Shown here one piece after another: positions 1 to 8,754 of a stretch of DNA of 57,698 bases. Under the pieces are notes generated by a model, which saw only the letters and a list, made by a program, of their open reading frames with translations, ran no database searches and was not told where the DNA came from. Source of the stretch: a virus (lineage: Duplodnaviria; Caudoviricetes); IMG/VR virus record IMGVR_UViG_3300023116_000053, positions 1 through 57,698 of that record, one strand, 5' to 3'. The position numbers and the translations under genes were made by a program. Numbering within the stretch: the stretch's first letter is position 1; each line of letters starts with the position of its first letter.

Positions 1-458
1 GTTTTGCTAAAGACTTCTTTTTCAACAATTCCATAATCTTTGTGTCCATATTGAACTAAAAAATCACCACCACCCCCAGATAATAAACTATCAGACCAAG
101 AAACTTTCACTTGAAACGGTCTTGTCATTTCTTTTGCATAAACTTTTATTGGTTTTTTAGTTGCAACATTGGGTTCGATAATATCATACGTTTGTTTGAA
201 TTTTTGTGCATCAATCGGCCAATTTTCACCTTTAACTCCTGTCATAATATAATCACCTTTTTTGGCGGATACTGGACCCTCTAAAGTTTGTATCATCATA
301 TCTTGATTGGCAACTTTAAACTGCACAGGGATTGCTTTTTTCATGGTCGGAAAAGCTTCCGTATCATTAGATAATTCTGGATTAAAGTCTCGACCTATAA
401 CGCCATCCATATGCCTATTGAAAGATTCTTTGAGATATTTGAAATCATAATTTTTCAT
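1..458 (-). CDS. PGDYG-like domain protein, truncated by window edge (absent from ORF track)
   Basis: Hand translation from ATG at 458 (ATGA overlap with the upstream TGA): MKNYDFKYLKESFNR...IQTLEGPVSAKKGDYIMTGVKGENWPIDAQKFKQTY...GGGDFLVQYGHKDYGIVEKEVFSK, open to position 1. Two repeats of the TLEG..GDY-type motif. Confidence 0.7.
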   Translation of the reverse strand, partial: MKNYDFKYLKESFNRHMDGVIGRDFNPELSNDTEAFPTMKKAIPVQFKVANQDMMIQTLEGPVSAKKGDYIMTGVKGENWPIDAQKFKQTYDIIEPNVATKKPIKVYAKEMTRPFQVKVSWSDSLLSGGGGDFLVQYGHKDYGIVEKEVFSK

Positions 459-638
459 CTTTTTTGTTCCATTTGTTCGTTCTGTTTTTTTATTTCGTTA
501 GAAAGACGTTCAACAAACCACTGTCTTAGGGGTATCGGAAGATTGTATGCTTCTATAAAACTCCAACCACCATAATACTGCAACAAAAAAAGTTGTTCGT
601 ACACTTGCTTACTATATTCATAGGTCAGGCCAAAAAAA
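455..638 (-). CDS. Probable frameshift extension of tail assembly chaperone (T4 gp51-like short domain)
   Basis: FFGLTYEY...EQLFLLQYYGGWSFIEAYNLPIPLRQWFVERL. No ATG start near the 5' end; overlaps the previous gene at a T7 run. Confidence 0.55.
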
Positions 639-1487
639 GTTTTTAGTGACAGGAACCTCCAACAATCCTGCCCAACCACAACTTTCACACTCAAATTCAG
701 TTTTTATTTGAATTGTCGGAACAATCGCACTATATTGCTCCAACAAATCCTTAGCAAAGATATAAGGCATGTTCTCACAGAACCTTTGGATATATAACTT
801 GTCTTCACGACCATTCACAGAAACAATTATTTGCTTTAAGCGATTTGTGAAATTTTTCTCATGACTTTTTGTTTTCTTTATCTTTTTTGTCTTTTTGAAA
901 ATTTCTCCCTCATCAACGCCATCTAAAAGTTTAAAGCCAATATCAACTTCTATGTCTTCCCATTTCATTTTATAGTTGAATAAGGAATCTCCGTTTCTTG
1001 TAATATCTAAGTCTTTCAAGTCTTTTTGATTGTCATTAATATAAACGTCAGAGTTTAAATTCGCCGTTACTTCTTGCTTGTTATTGCATTCTGGACAAGG
1101 CATGTTTGTGACTGTGTAGTCTGGACCCATACCAGTCTTTCTTACCGAAATCAAAATGGCAGACCTGTCAGCATCTAGCAAATCTTTTGATTTTATTTTC
1201 TTATCTTTCAATACACTTGAAATTAATTTGTCAAACATTAAACCATTTTCAAGCAAAGTTTCAGAAGTCAAAACATCCTCTTCCTTGGAGGTCATATAGA
1301 AAACTTCAACACTCTCTTTGTTGTGTAGGGGATGTTCTGGACCATAGAATTTTCCCTCGGAAGGTAGTTCAACTATGTCAGTAAATGAAGGGAATTCAAA
1401 ACTTTTTTTTTGCTCTGTTTGTGAGATTATAGCACTTGCTTTCGCACTCTCAGTTGGTTTTTGTAATCTTTCTTCGTTGTTTCTCAT
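618..1487 (-). CDS. Tail/baseplate hub assembly chaperone (T4 gp26-like)
   Basis: VELPSEG, MTSKEEDVL, CPEC and CESC Cys pairs; lies immediately downstream of the tail tube gene. Confidence 0.65.
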   Translation of the reverse strand: MRNNEERLQKPTESAKASAIISQTEQKKSFEFPSFTDIVELPSEGKFYGPEHPLHNKESVEVFYMTSKEEDVLTSETLLENGLMFDKLISSVLKDKKIKSKDLLDADRSAILISVRKTGMGPDYTVTNMPCPECNNKQEVTANLNSDVYINDNQKDLKDLDITRNGDSLFNYKMKWEDIEVDIGFKLLDGVDEGEIFKKTKKIKKTKSHEKNFTNRLKQIIVSVNGREDKLYIQRFCENMPYIFAKDLLEQYSAIVPTIQIKTEFECESCGWAGLLEVPVTKNFFWPDL

Positions 1488-1506
1488 AAATTACCTTTTT
1501 TTTTTT

Positions 1507-2055
1507 TTAGATTTCGCTGGGATAAAATAACCTAAAACCATCAACAGATTCAAATTCTGCCCAATCGTATGAAAAAGTTAAAGACACTTCTGAAAAACCA
1601 TCTTGCCCATAATCAAGTTGTCCAAACTTCGCATCTTTTATCCAAGCATTGTTCAGCACCCACTTTTCAACAACCCTTTCTTTTGTATCTATCTGTTCTA
1701 TTATCACATTACCTAAAGAACCAACAGCACGTCTTTTAGAAATTGTTGTTAAAGAATTAGGAGAACCCGGAATTATATATCCACTACCTTCTAAAATTTG
1801 ACCCACCGCAAAAGCAACATCCGGTTCTGTTGGGTCGTTGAGCGTCATGGCAACATCACTCCAAGTTACTCTTCCAGGGAATTTAAAATCATAATTTAAA
1901 TATGAAATTTTTTCTTCACCAAGCGAAAAGCCGGGTTTATCGCATGTTTTTGCATAAAATAAGACTCCATCGCCAAATAATTCATTAGGTATTGTTATTC
2001 CAAATTTAAATTGTCGTTTCGGCTCTAACCTTGTGGCATCAGTCCAAAAAGCCAT
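1507..2055 (-). CDS. Tail tube protein (T4 gp19-like)
   Basis: 182 aa, EPKRQFKF, KFPGRVTWSDV, EKWVLNNAW, FGQLDY, LTFSYDWA; follows the sheath gene. Confidence 0.9.
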   Translation of the reverse strand: MAFWTDATRLEPKRQFKFGITIPNELFGDGVLFYAKTCDKPGFSLGEEKISYLNYDFKFPGRVTWSDVAMTLNDPTEPDVAFAVGQILEGSGYIIPGSPNSLTTISKRRAVGSLGNVIIEQIDTKERVVEKWVLNNAWIKDAKFGQLDYGQDGFSEVSLTFSYDWAEFESVDGFRLFYPSEI

Positions 2056-2072
2056 TGTCTTCTTTCCTCTTA

Positions 2073-5000
2073 TTAATCTTCAAAGGATGCACCGGATGGC
2101 TCAAGAACAAAATCAATTGCAATATATTCAATTGCTCTTGCTGGCTTGAGATAAATCTGTGCATACATAATATTTCTATCTACCAAATCTTCTGTAGTTG
2201 TTTCTTCATTCAAAACTAAGCGATAATCAGAAAGCCCAAAACGAGCCTTGATACTTCTTAATTTAGGTTCGACTTTAGATATAAATCTTGCCCAAGTTGT
2301 CTTCACATTATTCGCAAAAAGAATGTCTTTCGCTTCGTTTGAAACTATCTTTTTAAGAACAATCATCAAACGACGAACATTGATTCTGTCAAGTGCTGAA
2401 GGAGTCACTTGTAGCGTTTTGTTGCCCATAATTACTATTTCATTTCGATTGAATTTTGCAATCGGGTTAATATTCGCCTCATATAATTTGTCGCGTTGTT
2501 CTTGATTTAACTTTTCTTTTACATTTATAACACTCAAGCCAGAAACACCATTCGACAACCCACCACGATTCCAGCCAGCCGAGGCAAACCAAGGCTCAGA
2601 AACTCTCTCCGCATAGGCAAGACTTCCAAGAGCAACTATCGAAGGTGGAACGTCAATTGTAGTATCGCTAAACTCATCTCTAATTTTTACCCAAGGGTAG
2701 AAACAAGCACCATAACTAGAATTAATTCCACGATCTCTAAGATTAGAAATCGTTGTATCAACATCTCCTCTCCGTGTAGCCTCATCTGAAGTGTTTTCAG
2801 TGTTTGGAGTGTAATCCCCCTCCAAATCTATTAACGCTAAGGCATCACCTCTCTCTTCGCAAACATCAATCAATTTTCGGGTCAGAGTTGTATTTTTTAC
2901 TCCAGGGATTACTGCTTCTTTAAATTCAATCGTTTCAACATCAGAAATTGAATCAATCGCCCTCTGAATGCTATGGAAAGCATAATTGGTTGTTTCTGTT
3001 CCATTTTTCAAAATAGAATTTCTAAATGGTTCTTTTTCTGTCACGTCTACCCCTTCAAAGCCACCATACAACGGCATAGTAAACTTGTTAAACCCAGCAG
3101 TCAAAATTGACTCATAAGAAGGAGTCGTTTGTGTGGTAAGTGGACTATAAGCCCCAGTTACATTTATTGCCAAACCAATGACGCGAGAACCACTTTCGTA
3201 AAACGCATCAGCGTACCACTGAGATGTTGGTGCGCCAGGGGTTGCAGCAGGAACAGAAGCCGATGCTTGCCGAACATCATCCAGCGAAAAATAGTATGAG
3301 ATTTCTACAGACCTTTCATCATCTTCAAAATTTTCAGGCAAAGCAGAAACTATGTCAACATGATTTTCAGCAACTATTCTTTTACTTCCATTTCTGTACG
3401 GGTCTATTCCAAAATAAGCATCGAATGGGCTTGTTGTGTTTACATCAGATGAACTTACAACCAACGGATGTGTTGGGAATGCAAAAGAAGCCGAAAACGT
3501 ATCAACATCGTATATGTTTTGTGTTGCGCCGGATTCTCCTAAAGTAATCTTTTCTACTCCATCTAAGACATCATTCGGTTGTGAACCAGAAGGAGCATGT
3601 GGCATCGAGCCACTACCTCTAACAAATGCAGCATTTTGTTCCAATGTTCCATTTTTTATATCTTCTGCTGTTAGGATAGACGTTCTAGTCATTGTTGCTG
3701 TTTTAAATCGTGGAGTCCCATAGAATCCGAAAGGTAACAACCTTGGGTCTGTCAAACTATTATCAACTTCATTTGCAACTTCTACATAGACAAACTTTGA
3801 ACGATTTTCATAATCGCCATATTCAATCCATTGTCGTTTCCCATAATCCCAAGATCGATATGTGTTCCCAATTTTTTTTGCAATATAGTCTTCAGAGGCA
3901 GGGTTTAAATTACACGATGTAAACCTTTCAACAACTTGCTTTGATTTGTCGTTATCGTCTATTTTTCGTATTTCGACATCAAAAGAGCCATATTGATTTG
4001 ATAAATTCTTAGAAGACTTAATGTTAGAAATAGAAATTTTTAAATTTTTCTGTTCCCACTCACTAGCAGTGTGTGTTTTGAGTCTGAACAATTTCGTCAT
4101 GTTTTGAGGTTGATACGCTGTATTGTTGCTTGTCATGTCTTGAGAAAAAACCCATCCGGTCTTGGCTCTCTTCCCAGCAAATCTAAAATCACCACCATGT
4201 GTACTTCCAGACGCAAGAGGAACTATGACACCAAAAGTTGTTTTTGCAGTCGAACCAGAAACCAAATTTCTAGTAGCAAAATCCTCATAAGTTTGACCTA
4301 GCCAATATCGCCTATAGTTTTGACTTGTAGAATCAATAATTTCACTATTTGTTAATATTGGATTTGTATTGAAAACTTTTCGGATGTATTTTTCAGAATC
4401 TGGATTGAAGTTAAAAGAAGCAGTAATTGCATTACCACTACCTTCTTTGATGATTGCTTTAAATGTATTATCACCTTCAACATTATAAACAAATTGACCA
4501 GCACCAGATAATTCAGAACCATTTATACTCATTCCGTAGTTCGTATCTCCATCGAGTCGAACAGAAGAGCCTGAGTTCATGTAAAAGACTGCTGCCAAAG
4601 AGCCTGTTATATTACCAAAATCCGAAACTAAATTGCCGGAGTCAATCAAAAATAAACCATATGCCCCTGCATTCTTTGAAACAACAGGGTCTGGAGTAAA
4701 AAATCCATCTTGAGGCCAACCTGCTGCACCTGCGGTAGTTGCTTCACTATGTTGGTCTCCAGCAAGACGAATAAACGTCACAGGACCACGATTCTTCAAA
4801 TAAGCGTAAGCAGCATACGCACCGTAAGTAGGACTTGTGTAGTTGCCATCTCGCCAAACATCATTATTTGAAGTTCCACCTCCTGGGATTGGCTTTCCAA
4901 ACGTTTGCAAAAACTCGTTCCTGTCTTTAATTTGTACGGGAACGAAAGATGGTCCTCGTTCGGCTCGACCAATAATAACAGGGCCGATTTCTTCTGTCCT

Positions 5001-5090
5001 TCTGGGTCTTTTTGTGTTGTCTACTTCTCTTGTTTGAATAGAAGGAGAAACAAATTTGTATTTTTGAATTTGAGTCGGCATTTTTATCAT
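2073..5090 (-). CDS. Tail sheath protein (T4 gp18-like), enlarged
   Basis: N-term FVSP..TREVD...IIGRAERGP; C-term YPWV, PWFASAGWNRG, LYEANINPI, GNKTLQ, ALDRINVRRL, KPARAIEYI. Confidence 0.95.
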   Translation of the reverse strand: MIKMPTQIQKYKFVSPSIQTREVDNTKRPRRTEEIGPVIIGRAERGPSFVPVQIKDRNEFLQTFGKPIPGGGTSNNDVWRDGNYTSPTYGAYAAYAYLKNRGPVTFIRLAGDQHSEATTAGAAGWPQDGFFTPDPVVSKNAGAYGLFLIDSGNLVSDFGNITGSLAAVFYMNSGSSVRLDGDTNYGMSINGSELSGAGQFVYNVEGDNTFKAIIKEGSGNAITASFNFNPDSEKYIRKVFNTNPILTNSEIIDSTSQNYRRYWLGQTYEDFATRNLVSGSTAKTTFGVIVPLASGSTHGGDFRFAGKRAKTGWVFSQDMTSNNTAYQPQNMTKLFRLKTHTASEWEQKNLKISISNIKSSKNLSNQYGSFDVEIRKIDDNDKSKQVVERFTSCNLNPASEDYIAKKIGNTYRSWDYGKRQWIEYGDYENRSKFVYVEVANEVDNSLTDPRLLPFGFYGTPRFKTATMTRTSILTAEDIKNGTLEQNAAFVRGSGSMPHAPSGSQPNDVLDGVEKITLGESGATQNIYDVDTFSASFAFPTHPLVVSSSDVNTTSPFDAYFGIDPYRNGSKRIVAENHVDIVSALPENFEDDERSVEISYYFSLDDVRQASASVPAATPGAPTSQWYADAFYESGSRVIGLAINVTGAYSPLTTQTTPSYESILTAGFNKFTMPLYGGFEGVDVTEKEPFRNSILKNGTETTNYAFHSIQRAIDSISDVETIEFKEAVIPGVKNTTLTRKLIDVCEERGDALALIDLEGDYTPNTENTSDEATRRGDVDTTISNLRDRGINSSYGACFYPWVKIRDEFSDTTIDVPPSIVALGSLAYAERVSEPWFASAGWNRGGLSNGVSGLSVINVKEKLNQEQRDKLYEANINPIAKFNRNEIVIMGNKTLQVTPSALDRINVRRLMIVLKKIVSNEAKDILFANNVKTTWARFISKVEPKLRSIKARFGLSDYRLVLNEETTTEDLVDRNIMYAQIYLKPARAIEYIAIDFVLEPSGASFED

Positions 5091-5113
5091 AAACTCCTTA
5101 GAATATTTTTTGG

Positions 5114-5122
5114 ATAAATAGT
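5114..5122 (-). promoter_or_regulatory. Candidate late promoter (ACTATTTAT) upstream of sheath
   Basis: TATTTAT also occurs in intergenic gaps at 14358, 18877 and 39475. Confidence 0.4.
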
Positions 5123-5129
5123 TACTTTG

Positions 5130-5951
5130 TTAGTCTTCACCCAAGATTGTCCTTTCTTTTCCTATAAAAAACTTAACAGCATTTTCTCTTTTGGTAAAAA
5201 AAGGATATTTTTCGTTTTTGTTGCCACCTATTAAATAGCCCATACAACGAATAGAAAACTTAGATTCATATTTTCTCTCATCTTCATTGAGGGTAGACAC
5301 ATTGTTGTCTTGGTTAAAACTAGAGTCGAAAAAGCATTCATATTTGTGATTTTCATGTTCAATCATAAAGGTTGTAATATGTCCAGTATAAGTTAAAAAT
5401 GGTTGCATTATTTCGTTTATTTGCTGCTGATATTCAGTCTTGATGTGTATTTCATATGTAATCTTCATATATGTTGGTTGTGGCATGTGATATGTTGTAT
5501 AAACTGTTGGATGTTTCTTTTTTGTTTTAAAATTGATTTGTCCAGTACCTACCCTATTTTTAGTTGTTCTAAACGATTGTGCGTTTGCAAAATTAGATGT
5601 CTTTCTTTGGTTTATAACCCTAAATGCAGGAAAAGTCCCACCTTTATAATCTCCAGTGTTTGGGTGATGAGCGGTAACTGCTCCTCTAAATGCTGGGTCT
5701 TTCTCGAAATCTTTCCTTTCTAAAGTTATTCTTGGAAGTATAAGAGTCCCTTCGATGTCTCTAACATCATCTTTTTCTTTAAGTTGTGCGGAACGTTCAC
5801 CAGTAACCCAAACAACTGGAACTTTTTCGAAACCTTTATTGGTGTTACAAAAAACATTCATAGTTTCATCGAGCCACCGAAACATTGCAAAATCAATTGT
5901 TTCGATATTTGAAGGTTGAAAGAAAATAGGTTTCGCAGGCTTATCGCTCAT
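5130..5951 (-). CDS. Probable tail completion / sheath-stabiliser protein (gp15-like)
   Basis: KVPVVWVTGER and LILPRITLER motifs; position just upstream of sheath. Confidence 0.5.
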   Translation of the reverse strand: MSDKPAKPIFFQPSNIETIDFAMFRWLDETMNVFCNTNKGFEKVPVVWVTGERSAQLKEKDDVRDIEGTLILPRITLERKDFEKDPAFRGAVTAHHPNTGDYKGGTFPAFRVINQRKTSNFANAQSFRTTKNRVGTGQINFKTKKKHPTVYTTYHMPQPTYMKITYEIHIKTEYQQQINEIMQPFLTYTGHITTFMIEHENHKYECFFDSSFNQDNNVSTLNEDERKYESKFSIRCMGYLIGGNKNEKYPFFTKRENAVKFFIGKERTILGED

Positions 5952-6799
5952 GGGTATAATCCATAAATTGTATACGTTTTTCGTTTGTCATCTTTGATAA
6001 ACTCTCCATTTGACGTTAATGCTCTAGGTAATATTTTTTTGGCTCTCGTCATCCAAAGATTAAAAATTATATCAGAATGCATTTTAATAAGTTCTTCTTT
6101 TTTTTTGTTACGACTTTTAAATTGTGAACCAATGTATTCTTTTATAGTTTCAATATTCTCTTCCGCACTTTTTTCAAATTTTTGTTTAAAAAATTTTGCT
6201 TGCTTGTATGTTGCTCTGACGTATGCATCTACTTCATGTTTAGTTAGAAAATAAATTAATGATTCTATTATTTCTTCTTTTTCACTTTTAGAATCAAAAT
6301 CAACCTCTTTGAATTTTCTATGCAAAATAGCAGATAATCTTCTTAAGTGATTTTCTTTTTTTGAATCAATATATTTAAAGTTCATTTTGTCCCTATTTTT
6401 TTGATAATAATGATTGATTTCATGAACTAAATTTAACTTTAAATCAGAAACGATTTTTGACATATTTTTTGCTTCTATTTTTGATTTTGGGACATTCAAA
6501 ATCAATTCAATTTCGTCAGTTAACCTGTTAAAACTTCCTGTTACACCTAATATTCCTTGTTCGTATTCTATTTTCAACACAATAATTGTTTCACCACCTA
6601 ATATTTTTTGCATTTCTTGTCTCAATTTGTCCTCGTCTATATAATCAGAAGGATAGGTGATTTTCTTTAATTTTTCTTTTTCTGATTTATAACTTTTAAT
6701 TGTGTTTGTAAAATAACGAGTAACTTTCGTGGATAATCCTTCGCCTCTAGATTCTTTTAATATTTTTTTTATTTCTATTTTCAGTAAATTTTTAAGCAC
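5948..6799 (-). CDS. Leader-bearing protein with zincin-like HExxH motif
   Basis: GTG start, leader MLKNLLKIEIKKILKES; LVHEINHYYQ and downstream HEVDAY (candidate third Zn ligand). Confidence 0.5.
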   Translation of the reverse strand: MLKNLLKIEIKKILKESRGEGLSTKVTRYFTNTIKSYKSEKEKLKKITYPSDYIDEDKLRQEMQKILGGETIIVLKIEYEQGILGVTGSFNRLTDEIELILNVPKSKIEAKNMSKIVSDLKLNLVHEINHYYQKNRDKMNFKYIDSKKENHLRRLSAILHRKFKEVDFDSKSEKEEIIESLIYFLTKHEVDAYVRATYKQAKFFKQKFEKSAEENIETIKEYIGSQFKSRNKKKEELIKMHSDIIFNLWMTRAKKILPRALTSNGEFIKDDKRKTYTIYGLYP

Positions 6800-7787
6800 T
6801 GAGTAATTCCTTCTGATAACTTGTGATTAAAAAATATTCCAACTCTTCATTTAATTTCTCTGGCTTGTCTAACACTATCTTGTCTTTCTTTTTATCTGAA
6901 CCAACCAATCTATTTTTAATCGAAGAATACATTCTTTTAAACATTTTCCAGATATTAAAAGGCACATTGCCAATCGCCACAAGTATATCTTTCCAATCAA
7001 ACAAGCCTTGTACAATATCTGTGTATTCTTGTCTTCTAGTTGTTAATGCTCTGATTAATTTTATTAACAAAGATGCCACAAAACAAGTAATTGCTGCACT
7101 AATCAGCATTGTGTAACCTGGAGATATGCTCCACATAATTTGAAAAATAACTTTTAAACCACCCCACAAACCTTTTCCAGCCAACCCTCCTACCGATTTT
7201 AATCCTGCGAAAAATGTTGGAAATATTTTTTGAACGCCCCACCAAATCCAATCTCCTAACTTCTTAGCGATAGCAATTATAGGCTTTAATAAATATTTAT
7301 ATACGCTTGTGTTTGTAATTTTATAAACTAATGTCCCAACAACACCAACGGCAGACCAAAACCATGTAAAATTAAACGCTCTTCTTAACTTCAATAACCA
7401 TTCGTCTAAAGTAAAATCAGGTTGCTCTTCAGTTGCTTTTTTTAGTGCTTCCATAGCAATATCGTTGTTGGCTTTTAATAATTTAGTTAGTATTTGTTGT
7501 ACACAACCTTCATCAATGTTTCCATTTTCATCTTTGCAATTATTTTTTATTTCATCTACAATGTTTTTTATTTCAGGCAAAGTTTCTTCTCTTTCTATTC
7601 TAAGTAATTCATTTTGCAAATTATCAGAAAAGCCCCTAATTGCTTGCTTTACTTCTCCTTCCCCACTCTTTGCTTCTTTGATTATTTGTTTTCGCAGGCT
7701 TGATTTGCAATAAGCATAGTCTGCAACGAGAGTTAGTTGCATTTCTTTTAATATTTCTTGTTTTATTTCTTCTTTGAGTCTTACCAT
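6792..7787 (-). CDS. Leader-bearing putative membrane protein
   Basis: Likely ATG start at 7787 (MVRLKEEIKQEILKE); hydrophobic segments FTWFWSAVGVVGTLVY and YTMLISAAITCFVASLLIKLI. Confidence 0.55.
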   Translation of the reverse strand: MVRLKEEIKQEILKEMQLTLVADYAYCKSSLRKQIIKEAKSGEGEVKQAIRGFSDNLQNELLRIEREETLPEIKNIVDEIKNNCKDENGNIDEGCVQQILTKLLKANNDIAMEALKKATEEQPDFTLDEWLLKLRRAFNFTWFWSAVGVVGTLVYKITNTSVYKYLLKPIIAIAKKLGDWIWWGVQKIFPTFFAGLKSVGGLAGKGLWGGLKVIFQIMWSISPGYTMLISAAITCFVASLLIKLIRALTTRRQEYTDIVQGLFDWKDILVAIGNVPFNIWKMFKRMYSSIKNRLVGSDKKKDKIVLDKPEKLNEELEYFLITSYQKELLSA

Positions 7788-8689
7788 TTTTTGCAACTCC
7801 AATATCTTGCCTTTGTTTTTGGACCTGGATTGTCACACTTGTGTCTTGCCCTAAATGATTTTCTGCGCTTAGGATTAGATTTTTTAATTTTCATATTTGG
7901 GTCGCCAAATCTAACTGTTTTTATTTTGTCTCCATCTTTTACGCAGACCTTAAACTTTTTATTTTCTCCAGAAGTTCTCACAGGTTTATTTAGTTTGTCA
8001 CCTTTTTTGCAGGGCTTGCTTTTTTCATCTAATTTTTTCTTGTTTTTTTTCATGCTTTTTTTGAGTCCACCCCATTCATCTTCAAACTCACCACTTTTCC
8101 ATTGTTCGTATTCATATTCTATAATAAGTTGATAGGCTTTTATTAAAAAGTCACCTTCTTTTGTTTTCCAATGGTCTTTCTTTAATTCTTTTATGTATAA
8201 ACTGTGAATCTGTCTAGGTGTTTTACCTTCTCCTGTTGCGAAAGGGGCTAAGACTAATTTAGCAATTCTTCCAATCTTTGTTTTGGACGCCAAAAAAAGA
8301 GTAAAAGCATCAAGAATGTTGCCAATAGTTCCTAAAAACTTTTCAGCGTAAGACATTAATTTAGATATTGTATTGCTCATGCCGTGTACATAGTCAGCAG
8401 GCCACCCTAATTTTTGAGCAATTCTTAGTACTTTCAAAGGTTTTGTCCCGTCTTGTCCAAGCCAATCAATGTTAACTTGATGACCATCTGTTTCCTTTAA
8501 GAATCTCTTGAAATCAGAATATTTTTCATTAAAATCTATAGGCTTGTCGCGGAATGTATTCCAGCCATACTTTCCAGTATATTGACCAAGCCATTTTAAT
8601 TCTCCCAATATTTCTTTTTCTTCTTGGATAATTCTTTGTTCTCGAATTTCCAACAATATTTGCCTTTTCAGTTCTTTTTTGATATTCAT
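7781..8689 (-). CDS. Leader-bearing protein with conserved basic C-terminal phage domain
   Basis: Leader MNIKKELKRQILLEIRE; C-term VRFGDPNMKIKKSNPKRRKSFRARHKCDNPGPKTKARYWSCKKW resembles a small domain common in T4-like phages (from memory). Confidence 0.6.
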   Translation of the reverse strand: MNIKKELKRQILLEIREQRIIQEEKEILGELKWLGQYTGKYGWNTFRDKPIDFNEKYSDFKRFLKETDGHQVNIDWLGQDGTKPLKVLRIAQKLGWPADYVHGMSNTISKLMSYAEKFLGTIGNILDAFTLFLASKTKIGRIAKLVLAPFATGEGKTPRQIHSLYIKELKKDHWKTKEGDFLIKAYQLIIEYEYEQWKSGEFEDEWGGLKKSMKKNKKKLDEKSKPCKKGDKLNKPVRTSGENKKFKVCVKDGDKIKTVRFGDPNMKIKKSNPKRRKSFRARHKCDNPGPKTKARYWSCKKW

Positions 8690-8753
8690 TTTCTATATTT
8701 CTCTCTTGTTGTTGTATATTTCTGTATCGGTTCAAGCAAAAAATTCTTTAATA
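8611..8753. repeat. 143-bp direct repeat, copy 1 (intergenic region plus leader-coding DNA)
   Basis: Ungapped match to 10494-10636 (offset 1883), about 10 mismatches by eye. Confidence 0.95.
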
Positions 8754-8754
8754 T

